Part shown: piece after piece, positions 1-8,446 of the stretch
How positions within the stretch are numbered: the first letter of the stretch is position 1
How the letters are laid out: each line of letters opens with the position of its first letter
Virus record (IMG/VR): IMGVR_UViG_3300014775_001916
Coordinates: 1-33,712 of that record
Source: a virus
Taxonomy: Duplodnaviria > Caudoviricetes
Strand: one strand, 5' to 3'
Length of the DNA: 33,712 nucleotides
Translations under genes and position numbers: made by a program
Notes under the pieces: model-generated
What the model was told of the DNA's origin: nothing
The model's input: the letters and a program-made list of their open reading frames with translations, nothing else
Databases searched by the model: none

Positions 1-70
1 GAGTTACCGGTTGTGGCGTAGGTTGCACTGGAGTTACCGGTTGTGGCGTAGGTTGCACTGGAGTTACCGG
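1..70 (-). repeat. Perfect 30-bp tandem repeat (at least 2.3 copies, truncated by window edge) encoding PVTPVQPTPQ
   Basis: gagttaccggttgtggcgtaggttgcactg at 1-30 and 31-60, partial copy at 61-70; in frame within the Hint polyprotein. Confidence 0.95.
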
Positions 71-2866
71 GCCTTCGGGCAAATCTTTATATTCACTTAA
101 AAGGTCCTTTTTAGGTGGTAGCTGAATTTCAGGTGGTCTTGGTTCTGGGCCAACTATCGGAGTTGGAATTTCCGGTTTAGGTGGTTGTGGGGGATTCGGG
201 TTTGGTATTTCTGGCTCACCGGGGGTGGTGATCGGATCTGGAGTGACCACCGGGTCCTCAGGTAGCTTTGGTCTTTTATTATGAGCTAATATATTATTTG
301 CAAAATAATTATGATTTTTCTTAATAGCTGGGTTGTACGTAATCGTTTCAATATCTAATTCATCAATTGAAATAATATTAGTTTCTTCTAAAGTGTTATC
401 ATCACTCAGTACAAAACAAATATCATCTACCTCTAATTGTTTAACTTCAAGTTTATGCATTTTATAGGCCAAATTAGGGTCATATGAACACCAGCCCTTA
501 CCTTTTACTAAGTATGGATGGTCAGGCGTGTTTTTGTTAACTATATCATTACTAAATGTAATTTTTAACAAATCATCTCTAATTGGTGAGTTTAATTTTA
601 CAACTTCATCTATCTCAATAGTAGACGTTTCTTCATTAAATGAAAGAACTTTATCACCAGCTTTTAGATCTTCAATATTCTTATATTCATTATCCGGTAA
701 TGCTATTTTGGTTCCTGGTACAAAACAACAGTCAGCAAAACCCATGGGTGCACCCAAACAACGAACTTTCGGATCCTTAATAAATGGACCGCAAGGATCA
801 TCTGGATTAATCATCCAACCTGGCGCAGGGTCAGCTACTATGGTGACACCAAGTTTATTGTGTACAAGAAAACTATTTGCAAAGTAATTATGGTTAGTTT
901 TAACATCGGATAAATTATATACTTTTATCTCGATATCTAGTTCATCAATACTTGTAAGACATACTTCAATTGTTTTACCGTCTACTAGCTTTAAGCATGT
1001 ATCACCTGGTTTTAATTGCTCAACATCAAATTTATGCAAATCTCTGGCAAGAACAACGTCATATGAACTCCAACCTTTATCTTTTACAAAATATGGGTGA
1101 TCAACTGTATTAGTAATCTCTGTACCATCTTCAAATGTTAACTTTATTAAATCATTACGAATAGGAGTTCCTATCAACTTAACCTCGTCTTCTTCAATAT
1201 CTTTTGTCTCTTCATTAAAGGATAAGATTTTGTCTCCTACAATAATATCTTCAATGTTTTTCTCTGTACCATCAGCCATTGCAATCTTAGTGCCTGGTGC
1301 AAAACAACATCTCTTTGGCCCACCTGGTTTATCTGGGCCATCAATTCTTGCTTTCAGAGCAGAATAAAAATTTCTCAAAGCCATGGCTTCACCTCCGGCT
1401 TCTAAAATACCTTGTAAATTTCGTCTCTCAGGATCGGTCATAAGCCCGTATATCGCAGAAAACTGTTTTTGAGGACCTAACCCTGCGGTACTATTAAATG
1501 GTGCGTATCGATTACCGAAAATTCCTTGCATCGCAGCAATCACTGGACCAGTTGGGCTGTATCCGCCTCCCAGCATTAAAGTTCCGAGCCCGGCTATATT
1601 TCTTAAGTTGGTTGGAGCAAGTTCACCGGCGACTCGCTGAAGAACATTAGTTACGGAAAAATTTTGAAACTCTTTATACCCTTGTGCATACAATTCTTCT
1701 GGACTACCACCCAGCTTTCTGAGTGCTTCTTCTTCTGACACACCGGACTTCACCAATATAGTAACTGCTTGTTTGTAAGCTTCACGAGACTCATTAAATA
1801 ATGTTGAATGGTGCAATGTTCGTTTACCTCCCGGACCACCTATGAACTCGTATTCCCCTTTTTTTTCATTAAAAATATTTAAACCAGTAGTCAATAATCT
1901 TCTGTATCTTTCCTGAGCCATTAGAGCGTTGCCCATTGCCTGCATTACGCGTGGATCAAATCTTTGAACAGAAACTGGATCATCTACAGCTATACCTGTA
2001 CCAGGTCTTGGTTGTGTGATCTCAAATGGAGGTTTATTTGGTTCATAATAAGTAACTCTTTGTACATTAGATGGCAGTGGTGGATTAAAATTTAATGTAG
2101 GTGTTCCAGCTGGACTACTAACCGGCATCCTTTGACCATATACACCGGCCGGTATATTACCGCCTCTCTCTACAGCTCGTTCACCTGTGGTTGGCGGCCT
2201 CGCTATAGGTTTGGTTATTTTTCCTGGAATAGCTGGTTTTATTGACCCAGGCACAATTGTATTTGCATACAATGACGAAGGCATTGGTAACCCGGTAATA
2301 GGATCAACACCCCCGGGTGCACCTGCAGGCATTGGTAACCCGGTAATAGGATCAACACCTGCAGGTAAAGCTGGATCAGTAGGTACACTGTATGTTGTAC
2401 CTACATTAGGATCAACACCAGTCGGTATACCTACAGCACTATTATTAACAGGTTGATCAACAGATGTTGTAGTTGGAACAGGGGGAGCTGGATTACCTGG
2501 AGGTATACTAGCTGCAGGTGAACTAGTTGAAGCCGATATTCCAACAGCATTGCCTTCAGTATCAGTTCCAGTAACTTGGCCTCCTCTACCAAACATTCTG
2601 TTAGCTGGATCCATGTTACTAGACGTCGTAGGTTGAACAGCTGGAGCATTATTAGCTACTCTACTAGTAGTTGCAGCTCCTGGTTGTGAAGCTAAAGTAG
2701 ATTGCATCAGTTGACCTAATGCAGAATTAGGATCAACTCCACCTTGATTTACAGCTTGTTGATATTGAGATTCTGCAGGTGAAGCAATATTATCTCTGTT
2801 TAAGTCACTAGCTTCCGCAGCGGCTAGTTGTCTTCTTAGTGCTTCAATATCTGTTCCCTCAGGCAT
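1..2866 (-). CDS. Pro-rich polyprotein with two tandem Hint (bacterial intein-like) autoprocessing domains; 3'-partial, at least 955 aa
   Basis: Manually translated from ATG at 2866-2864 (MPEGTDIEALRRQLAAAE...) with no in-frame stop to position 1; missing from the ORF track because it has no stop in the window. Architecture: P/G/T/A-rich low-complexity region (aa ~1-300), probable folded region (aa ~300-510), Hint-1 (aa 521-670), 43-aa spacer, Hint-2 (aa 714-863), Pro-rich tail with PVTPVQPTPQ repeats. TATAAATA lies 7 nt upstream. Confidence 0.93.
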   Translation of the reverse strand, partial: MPEGTDIEALRRQLAAAEASDLNRDNIASPAESQYQQAVNQGGVDPNSALGQLMQSTLASQPGAATTSRVANNAPAVQPTTSSNMDPANRMFGRGGQVTGTDTEGNAVGISASTSSPAASIPPGNPAPPVPTTTSVDQPVNNSAVGIPTGVDPNVGTTYSVPTDPALPAGVDPITGLPMPAGAPGGVDPITGLPMPSSLYANTIVPGSIKPAIPGKITKPIARPPTTGERAVERGGNIPAGVYGQRMPVSSPAGTPTLNFNPPLPSNVQRVTYYEPNKPPFEITQPRPGTGIAVDDPVSVQRFDPRVMQAMGNALMAQERYRRLLTTGLNIFNEKKGEYEFIGGPGGKRTLHHSTLFNESREAYKQAVTILVKSGVSEEEALRKLGGSPEELYAQGYKEFQNFSVTNVLQRVAGELAPTNLRNIAGLGTLMLGGGYSPTGPVIAAMQGIFGNRYAPFNSTAGLGPQKQFSAIYGLMTDPERRNLQGILEAGGEAMALRNFYSALKARIDGPDKPGGPKRCCFAPGTKIAMADGTEKNIEDIIVGDKILSFNEETKDIEEDEVKLIGTPIRNDLIKLTFEDGTEITNTVDHPYFVKDKGWSSYDVVLARDLHKFDVEQLKPGDTCLKLVDGKTIEVCLTSIDELDIEIKVYNLSDVKTNHNYFANSFLVHNKLGVTIVADPAPGWMINPDDPCGPFIKDPKVRCLGAPMGFADCCFVPGTKIALPDNEYKNIEDLKAGDKVLSFNEETSTIEIDEVVKLNSPIRDDLLKITFSNDIVNKNTPDHPYLVKGKGWCSYDPNLAYKMHKLEVKQLEVDDICFVLSDDNTLEETNIISIDELDIETITYNPAIKKNHNYFANNILAHNKRPKLPEDPVVTPDPITTPGEPEIPNPNPPQPPKPEIPTPIVGPEPRPPEIQLPPKKDLLSEYKDLPEGPVTPVQPTPQPVTPVQPTPQPVT
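278..727 (-). other. Hint domain 2 (150 aa, no homing endonuclease)
   Basis: Block A CFVPGTKIALPDNEYKNIEDLKAGDKVLS, block B TPDHPYLV, blocks F/G TYNPAIKKNHNYFANNILAHN, followed by Lys; about 55% identical to Hint-1 by manual alignment. Confidence 0.92.
857..1306 (-). other. Hint domain 1 (150 aa, no homing endonuclease)
   Basis: Block A CFAPGTKIAMADGTEKNIEDIIVGDKILS, block B TVDHPYFV (TxxH), blocks F/G VYNLSDVKTNHNYFANSFLVHN, followed by Lys. Confidence 0.92.
2279..2359 (-). repeat. 33-bp direct repeat (period 48 bp) encoding GVDPITGLPMP twice
   Basis: aggcattggtaacccggtaataggatcaacacc at 2279-2311 and 2327-2359; further GVDP motifs near 2408-2419 and 2729-2740. Confidence 0.9.
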
Positions 2867-2873
2867 GCTTAAT

Positions 2874-2881
2874 TATTTATA
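2874..2881 (-). promoter_or_regulatory. T4-type late promoter TATAAATA for the Hint polyprotein gene
   Basis: Exact T4 gp55-dependent late consensus, 7 nt upstream of ATG 2866 and just downstream of a terminator. Confidence 0.8.
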
Positions 2882-2890
2882 CAAATATAT

Positions 2891-2918
2891 AAAAAAAGAC
2901 GGCAAGATTACCGTCTTT
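2891..2918 (-). terminator. Rho-independent terminator after the serine protease gene
   Basis: Minus strand aaagacgg-taatcttg-ccgtc followed by a T7 run. Confidence 0.8.
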
Positions 2919-2941
2919 AAAAACATTTATTATTGTTGTTT

Positions 2942-3853
2942 TTATTGTGTTTTTAATAAAAATGGGAAGTCTTTCTCAACTAAAGACCGCCTTAATGCCT
3001 TTTTAGCTTCATTCTCTTTTGAAAAATCTGCTCCTACATCTTCGACAGGAATTTTAGCTAATTCATCATCTGTAGGTAGTTTTACTTTAGGATCTAAAGC
3101 CCATAGGATTTTATTCTTCTCACACCATTCTTGCATTCTTCTTACTGGTACAATCAAATTAAACGTTTCTCCAGCTCCTCGCACTAACATTCCAACATAA
3201 CTAGCATCTGACTTTAAAAATACACCACCACCAGATGAACCTGGGAAGGCAGCTACTGTTGTTTGGTCAAATACATGCTTATTCAATTGTTTAATCAATC
3301 TACCTGTCTGAGAGTAGATACCGTCAGTCATACTGTTAGAACCGAGCTCACCAAGTAATGAACCTACATGCCATAAATCTGTACCTAGTTTTGGAATTTT
3401 ATTATCTAATTTAAATTTCACAGAGTCTTCTAAAAAATTTAATTTTCTAACTTTAAGAAGAGCTAAATCATGACCATCATCAGCATCAGAATATTTAATA
3501 ACTTCTGCATCCATCTCTAGTCTTCCTACAGCACGACCATTTTGTCTAATAACTTTAAGAATTTTTGCATCTTTAAATTCAACTAGAGTTTTAGACGCAC
3601 CATTTACAATGACTTTTCTCTCTTGTCTTAAATTATCAATTACATGAGCAGCTGTCCAAACAAAATTAACTGTGTTACCATCTTTGTCTTTTCTACTAAA
3701 AATAACGCCTGAACCTTCTCCACGTGAAAATGAAGATTCAGAAACAATAGTTACAGATACATCTTGAAGATAATCAGCTGTTGTTTTGTCATCACCGATA
3801 ACGAACATACCTGTGAGAAACAAAGATAAGATTGATAATTTAAAAGCATTCAT
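2942..3853 (-). CDS. Trypsin-like (S1) serine protease with N-terminal signal/membrane segment
   Basis: GEGSGVIF, WTAAHV (catalytic His), DLALLKV (Asp), FPGSSGGGVF (Ser). Start moved from 3892 to ATG 3853 (MNAFKLSILSLFLTGMFVIG) because a terminator and TAAATA lie upstream of it. Confidence 0.88.
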   Translation of the reverse strand: MNAFKLSILSLFLTGMFVIGDDKTTADYLQDVSVTIVSESSFSRGEGSGVIFSRKDKDGNTVNFVWTAAHVIDNLRQERKVIVNGASKTLVEFKDAKILKVIRQNGRAVGRLEMDAEVIKYSDADDGHDLALLKVRKLNFLEDSVKFKLDNKIPKLGTDLWHVGSLLGELGSNSMTDGIYSQTGRLIKQLNKHVFDQTTVAAFPGSSGGGVFLKSDASYVGMLVRGAGETFNLIVPVRRMQEWCEKNKILWALDPKVKLPTDDELAKIPVEDVGADFSKENEAKKALRRSLVEKDFPFLLKTQ

Positions 3854-3890
3854 AATGTAGATATTTAAAACTATAAATTCTAATAGCAAC

Positions 3891-3918
3891 AAAAAAAGAG
3901 AGGCCGGAGCCTCTCTTT
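3891..3918 (-). terminator. Rho-independent terminator after the DUF932 gene
   Basis: Minus strand aaagagaggc-tccg-gcctctc followed by a T7 run. Confidence 0.88.
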
Positions 3919-3935
3919 CTGACTGTGTTTTATTG

Positions 3936-4949
3936 TTATGCTTCTACGGTTTGTACGACCTTGTTGAACTTCTTAGTATTAACGAGAAGATTCAACCCTC
4001 GCTGCATCAATTGATCTTGAGGTCCTCCCATAAGAGTACTCACAAGACGTCGTTCTGCTGCTTGCCTACCTTGCTTTTCTAGCTTTCCTGCGTTGTTGTG
4101 GTGATTGACCCACTCAGTTAGCCCATTAAGAGCGTCCCATCGAGTAGCACCGAGATTTCCTGCTCCATTTGCGAACAAGTCTACAATTGCCTCTCGGCGG
4201 TTTACCAATCGTGAAGTGGTACGTACCTCAATCTCTTTGCCCTTCTCATCCTTCTTACGCTCAGGATCTGGAAGCAAGAGAGTTGCAAACCCGCGACACT
4301 CATCACTAGTCATATCTTTTTTATCGAGAAGATTTGCAATCTTCTCAAAGGAAGCTAATCCACGAAGAGCAGATTCAAAGCCTTTACGTGCTAAATCAAG
4401 CTGCTCTTTCCAGTTTTTAGTATGAGAGATCCAATAATCAGACTCATTAGCTTTTTGCATGATCGTTCGTAACTGGTTGTTACAAAAAATACGTTGAGCA
4501 ATTCCAAAATAAGCGTTACGCTTAGTACCATCATTGGAACCGAAAGCCATGATACGATTATCAACCTTATCATTAGAACGGTTCTTCAAGGTAAAACTAT
4601 CTTTAAGCTTGGCGCTAATCCATGCTTTTTTACCTCCACCGATCAACCCTGCCGACTCATACTCGGCACCATACTCTTGCACCATCTCATGAAATGGACG
4701 AAACATCTCATCCATAGGAATGGCAGTGTAACGTTTACGCATAATAGCAAACGTTTGTTTAGTGTCACTACGACGAATGTTAAAATGTCCGGTAATCTCT
4801 TTACCTTCAAGATCAAGTACCGGAGTTTTCTCAACTTCGAAGTCAAAACCTGCTGTTCGCATCACCTGATCATAATCGGATACGTCGCTGATGTCAACCC
4901 CAACGCGTTCGTCGAGCTTAGTAAGTGTTGTTTGTGCTGATGTGCTCAT
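3936..4949 (-). CDS. DUF932-family phage/plasmid-like protein (TIGR03299-like)
   Basis: 337 aa; motifs AGFDFEVEK, RRSDTKQ, YESAGLIGGGKKAWI, SNDG, RIFCNNQL, HTKN and GATRWDALNGLTEWVNH are typical of this family. Confidence 0.8.
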   Translation of the reverse strand: MSTSAQTTLTKLDERVGVDISDVSDYDQVMRTAGFDFEVEKTPVLDLEGKEITGHFNIRRSDTKQTFAIMRKRYTAIPMDEMFRPFHEMVQEYGAEYESAGLIGGGKKAWISAKLKDSFTLKNRSNDKVDNRIMAFGSNDGTKRNAYFGIAQRIFCNNQLRTIMQKANESDYWISHTKNWKEQLDLARKGFESALRGLASFEKIANLLDKKDMTSDECRGFATLLLPDPERKKDEKGKEIEVRTTSRLVNRREAIVDLFANGAGNLGATRWDALNGLTEWVNHHNNAGKLEKQGRQAAERRLVSTLMGGPQDQLMQRGLNLLVNTKKFNKVVQTVEA

Positions 4950-4972
4950 AATTAATTTTAATTTCTGTATTA

Positions 4973-5002
4973 ATTATAGGATCAAAATTTAGGAACAGCA
5001 AC
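4973..5002 (-). promoter_or_regulatory. Sigma70-like early promoter gTTGCTG-N17-TATAAT
   Basis: -35 at 5001-4996, -10 at 4978-4973, A-rich UP-like tract upstream; precedes the DUF932 gene. Confidence 0.75.
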
Positions 5003-5014
5003 TACTTTTTATTT

Positions 5015-5233
5015 TTATTCTTCTTTAGGTGATTCAGAGACAAATGAATTTACAACATTCAATCCGTCACGAGCTGCAGCTAGTTCATCTACTAATTTAG
5101 TCATCTCTTCAACTACATCCGGATGTTCACCAATACCTGCAGGATTCTTAAAATAGTTTAACAAGTTTGATTCAGCTTTAGCTGCTCTAGCCAAATAAAT
5201 AACACGTAATGTTTCTAATAGTTTTTGTTCCAT
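5015..5233 (-). CDS. Small helical hypothetical protein with PAGIGEHPD motif
   Basis: 72 aa; the GIGEHPD motif resembles small conserved hypotheticals of aquatic T4-like phages; TAA-T-ATG junction with the upstream gene. Confidence 0.75.
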   Translation of the reverse strand: MEQKLLETLRVIYLARAAKAESNLLNYFKNPAGIGEHPDVVEEMTKLVDELAAARDGLNVVNSFVSESPKEE

Positions 5234-5234
5234 A

Positions 5235-5432
5235 TTAATTTCCTTTGAAGCCTTTTTTTAAATCAAACACTTCATCACCTCTTTGATTATGCATTTTTAG
5301 GATTTCTTCATGTTTTGAACAATTTCCTAACAATGCTCTTTTATGAGCTTTATACACGTCTAAATCGTCCACATTAACTGTTCTAGTAGTATTTTCGGAC
5401 ATATTCAAAATAGTTGCAATGTAATGTTTCAT
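5235..5432 (-). CDS. Hypothetical protein (about 65 aa)
   Basis: Likely start ATG 5432 (MKHYIATIL) downstream of a gTTGCAA-N16-TAAAAT promoter-like element at 5469-5441. Confidence 0.65.
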   Translation of the reverse strand: MKHYIATILNMSENTTRTVNVDDLDVYKAHKRALLGNCSKHEEILKMHNQRGDEVFDLKKGFKGN

Positions 5433-5491
5433 TTCCACATATTTTAGTATATAATAAAGTGATTGCAACGAAAAAATAATAACTATTTAAA

Positions 5492-6001
5492 ATGCTTGTT
5501 GTCCGTTTAATTCCATCAGATAGAGCTACTCGATATTTAGATAGAGACAATATCGAACTAGCTCGACTTGAGACAGTTTTAAACTTTATTACTCGCTATA
5601 TGGATAAAAGAAAAAAGATCGAAATATTAAATATTAATTTTGATATCGATTGCAGAAAAGAAGATAGTGAATATTATTTTAAAAGTCGTCATATTGTGAT
5701 AGGTGGTATTAGTGTAAATGATAAAAAAGTAAGGACGCGCGCTGGGCGACTAAAATATCTTATTAGTTGCTTAATTCATGAATTTCGTCATTGTATTCAA
5801 GAAAAACTCTTTAACAAAGATGCTAGTGATATAACATATACTGACAAATCAAACAAAAACTCTGATGAATATTTAAACAACACATTAGAAATTGATGCTA
5901 CATGGTTCGAAAAGAAATTTGAAAAGAAAGCTTATGATTTGTATAGATTTTTAAAAAAATGTAAAGTTAAATCTATTGACTCTTTTTACGTCGCGGAGTA
6001 G
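5492..6001 (+). CDS. HEXXH zincin-like putative metallopeptidase
   Basis: LIHEFRHCIQ followed by YLNNTLEIDA (distal Glu ligand pattern); 169 aa; overlaps the clpC 3' end by 29 bp. Confidence 0.7.
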   Translation: MLVVRLIPSDRATRYLDRDNIELARLETVLNFITRYMDKRKKIEILNINFDIDCRKEDSEYYFKSRHIVIGGISVNDKKVRTRAGRLKYLISCLIHEFRHCIQEKLFNKDASDITYTDKSNKNSDEYLNNTLEIDATWFEKKFEKKAYDLYRFLKKCKVKSIDSFYVAE

Positions 6002-8441
6002 TTTTCTTTTTAAACATCAATTTATCATTTTTATCATAACAAACAATTGTATCACCTTCTTTATATTTTGATTTTAACAATATTTCAGCAATAGCAGTTT
6101 CAAAATGCCTTTGAATCGCTCGATTTAATTCTCTAGCTCCATACTGTTCATCAAATCCTTTATCAATAAAAAACTCTTTTGCAGTTTTGTCTAGTTCAAT
6201 TTTAATATTGTAGTTAGATAAAATTCGTTGATAATATTTCTTAAAGTTAATATCAATAATTGAGTACAGGTCGTCTCTTGATAGGTTATTGAATATTACA
6301 ATTTCATCTATTCTGTTGATCAACTCTGGCTTTAATTCTTTTTTGATCTCATCTAAAGCTAAATTTGCTCCTATCTCTGTTCTTTCTTCTTTTGAAGGAA
6401 CAACAAATCCTAATGGTTCGGGTGAGATAACTTTTTCAGCACCCATGTTAGTAGTCATTACAACAATTGTGTTTTTAAAATTAATTGTTCTGCCAAGCCC
6501 ATCAGTGAGTTTACCTTCCTCAAGTAACTGCAGCAATACATTTAAGACTTCCGGATGTGCCTTTTCTACCTCATCAAATAATACTAACGAATATGGATTC
6601 CGTCTAATCTTCTCAGTTAATTTACCACCTTTCTCATATCCGATGTATCCGGGAGGTGAACCAATAAGTTTTGAAATAGAATGTGGCTCCATAAGTTCAG
6701 ACATATCAATCTGAACAATCTTTTCTGGGTCACCAAACAACTCTTCACATAATGATTTAGCCAGATATGTTTTACCAACTCCGGTTGTGCCTACGAATAA
6801 AAATGATCCGATTGGTTTATTAGGGTCTTGAATTTTGCTAATCGATCGTTTAAGGCTATTTGATATAACTTCAATAGCTTTTTGTTGTCCAATAACTTTA
6901 GATTCTAAATTAGTGCTGAGCTTAAGAATTTTTTTGACTGAGTCTTTTTCATCTACACTAACTGGCATACCTAAAATATTTGATACAATAGTTTGAACGT
7001 GTGATTTATCTATTGTGATTGTTGTGTTTTTATCTTTCTCTCTTTTGTCGATGAGCTCTTCAAGTTTCTTTTCTTGACCTTTCTCTTTGTCTCTAAATTC
7101 TATAGCTTCTTCAAACTGTTGACCAGCAATTAAATTCTCTTTCTTTTTTCTGTAAAACTTAATTTTATCTGTTAGCTTTTGTAATTGTTTGATACTAGTA
7201 TCAACTGTATGACTAATCGCTCCCGCTTCATCTATCAAGTCAATAGCTTTATCAGGCAAATTTCTTTCAGTTAAATATCTAACAGAGAGTTTAACTGCAT
7301 ATTCTAAACAATCATCAGTATATTTTACTCCATGAAATTTTTCGTAACAGGTCTTAATACCTTTAAGAATTTTTAATGTTTCGTCTTGTGTAGGTTCGTC
7401 AACATTAACTTTCTGAAATCTTCTTTCTAATGCTCCATCGTTTTCTACAAAATATCTATACTCGTCTGGAGTAGTTGCACCGATACATTTTATTTCTCCC
7501 CTAGCTAACGCTGGTTTTAAAATATTGCTAGCGTCCATAGATCCTTCTGCAGAACCAGCTCCCACCATCATGTGAAGCTCATCTAAAAATACTATAACAT
7601 TACTAGTTTTTTTAGTTTCATTTAAGATGCTTTTTAACCTCTCTTCAAACTGACCGCGATATTTTGTACCTGCTACTAAACTAGCCATATCTAAAGAGAT
7701 GATATGCATATTAGCAAGAATCTGAGGTACTTCACCATTAACTATTCTTAGGGCCAATCCCTCGACAGCACTAGTTTTACCTACACCTGGGTCACCAATT
7801 AACACAGGATTGTTTTTATACTTTCTACACAGTATTTGAACTAATCTTTCGATCTCTTTAGTTCTTCCAATAATTGGATCTATTTTATTAGATGCAGCAA
7901 GTTTGGTAAGATTGACTCCGTATTTTTGTAGATTTTTTAATTTTTGGATTTTTTCGTCATCTTTATCAAAAGATGTAACTCGAGTTACATTCTCAACTGT
8001 TTCACCAAGCTCGACTCTAATTTGATCTTTAACCTTGTCATAGCTAACACCTAAACTTTTTAATATGCTTGTAGCTACACCCTCCGTCTCATATAGTATA
8101 CCAAGAAAAATATGTTCTATGTCAATCTTGTCTCGTTTAAACTTACTCGAACAAGCATTAGCGATTTCTAAAATCTTCTCAACTCTAGGTGTAAAACTAA
8201 TATCATTTACAGTTATATCCTCGTCGCCTTCTTGAGATATATTATCATAAATGATGGATCGAAGCTCGTCCAGATCGACTTCAAACTCTTCTAACATCTC
8301 AGTAATACTACTATCGCCTATGTTAAGTAATCCAAGCAACAAATGTTCTGTACCTGCATATTTATTTCTAAGAAATTGAGCCTCTTTCTTAGCAATAGAC
8401 ATAGCTTGCTTAGCCTTTGGAGTAAGCTTGTAAGTATCCAT
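5973..8441 (-). CDS. clpC: ATP-dependent Clp protease ATP-binding subunit, ClpC-type
   Basis: Two Clp-N repeats ([19 protein letters not shown]), AAA-1 ([21 protein letters not shown]), short UVR-like M domain ([13 protein letters not shown]), AAA-2 ([26 protein letters not shown]) and ClpP-docking loop PLGF. Confidence 0.93.
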   Translation of the reverse strand: MDTYKLTPKAKQAMSIAKKEAQFLRNKYAGTEHLLLGLLNIGDSSITEMLEEFEVDLDELRSIIYDNISQEGDEDITVNDISFTPRVEKILEIANACSSKFKRDKIDIEHIFLGILYETEGVATSILKSLGVSYDKVKDQIRVELGETVENVTRVTSFDKDDEKIQKLKNLQKYGVNLTKLAASNKIDPIIGRTKEIERLVQILCRKYKNNPVLIGDPGVGKTSAVEGLALRIVNGEVPQILANMHIISLDMASLVAGTKYRGQFEERLKSILNETKKTSNVIVFLDELHMMVGAGSAEGSMDASNILKPALARGEIKCIGATTPDEYRYFVENDGALERRFQKVNVDEPTQDETLKILKGIKTCYEKFHGVKYTDDCLEYAVKLSVRYLTERNLPDKAIDLIDEAGAISHTVDTSIKQLQKLTDKIKFYRKKKENLIAGQQFEEAIEFRDKEKGQEKKLEELIDKREKDKNTTITIDKSHVQTIVSNILGMPVSVDEKDSVKKILKLSTNLESKVIGQQKAIEVISNSLKRSISKIQDPNKPIGSFLFVGTTGVGKTYLAKSLCEELFGDPEKIVQIDMSELMEPHSISKLIGSPPGYIGYEKGGKLTEKIRRNPYSLVLFDEVEKAHPEVLNVLLQLLEEGKLTDGLGRTINFKNTIVVMTTNMGAEKVISPEPLGFVVPSKEERTEIGANLALDEIKKELKPELINRIDEIVIFNNLSRDDLYSIIDINFKKYYQRILSNYNIKIELDKTAKEFFIDKGFDEQYGARELNRAIQRHFETAIAEILLKSKYKEGDTIVCYDKNDKLMFKKKTTPRRKKSQ

Positions 8442-8446
8442 ATAAC

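Noticed and set aside
1-70. 30-bp repeats as a CRISPR array
   Set aside because: Units are directly adjacent with no spacers and are in frame in a coding region.
278-1306. Canonical mobile inteins with homing endonuclease
   Set aside because: Each is only 150 aa with no LAGLIDADG or HNH insert, the +1 residue is Lys, and the host protein is not a conserved enzyme.
1855-1867. A8-G4 run (GAA AAA AAA GGG) as a programmed frameshift site
   Set aside because: The zero frame stays open through both Hint domains, and I found no evidence for an alternative product.
528-3200. Track ORFs 528-887, 2187-2456, 2431-2649 and 2865-3200
   Set aside because: Antisense or out-of-frame shadows of the Hint polyprotein and protease genes; 2865-3200 also runs through a promoter and terminator.
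5973-8441. ClpB disaggregase assignment
   Set aside because: The middle domain is short and UVR-like and an LGF ClpP-binding loop is present, favouring ClpC.
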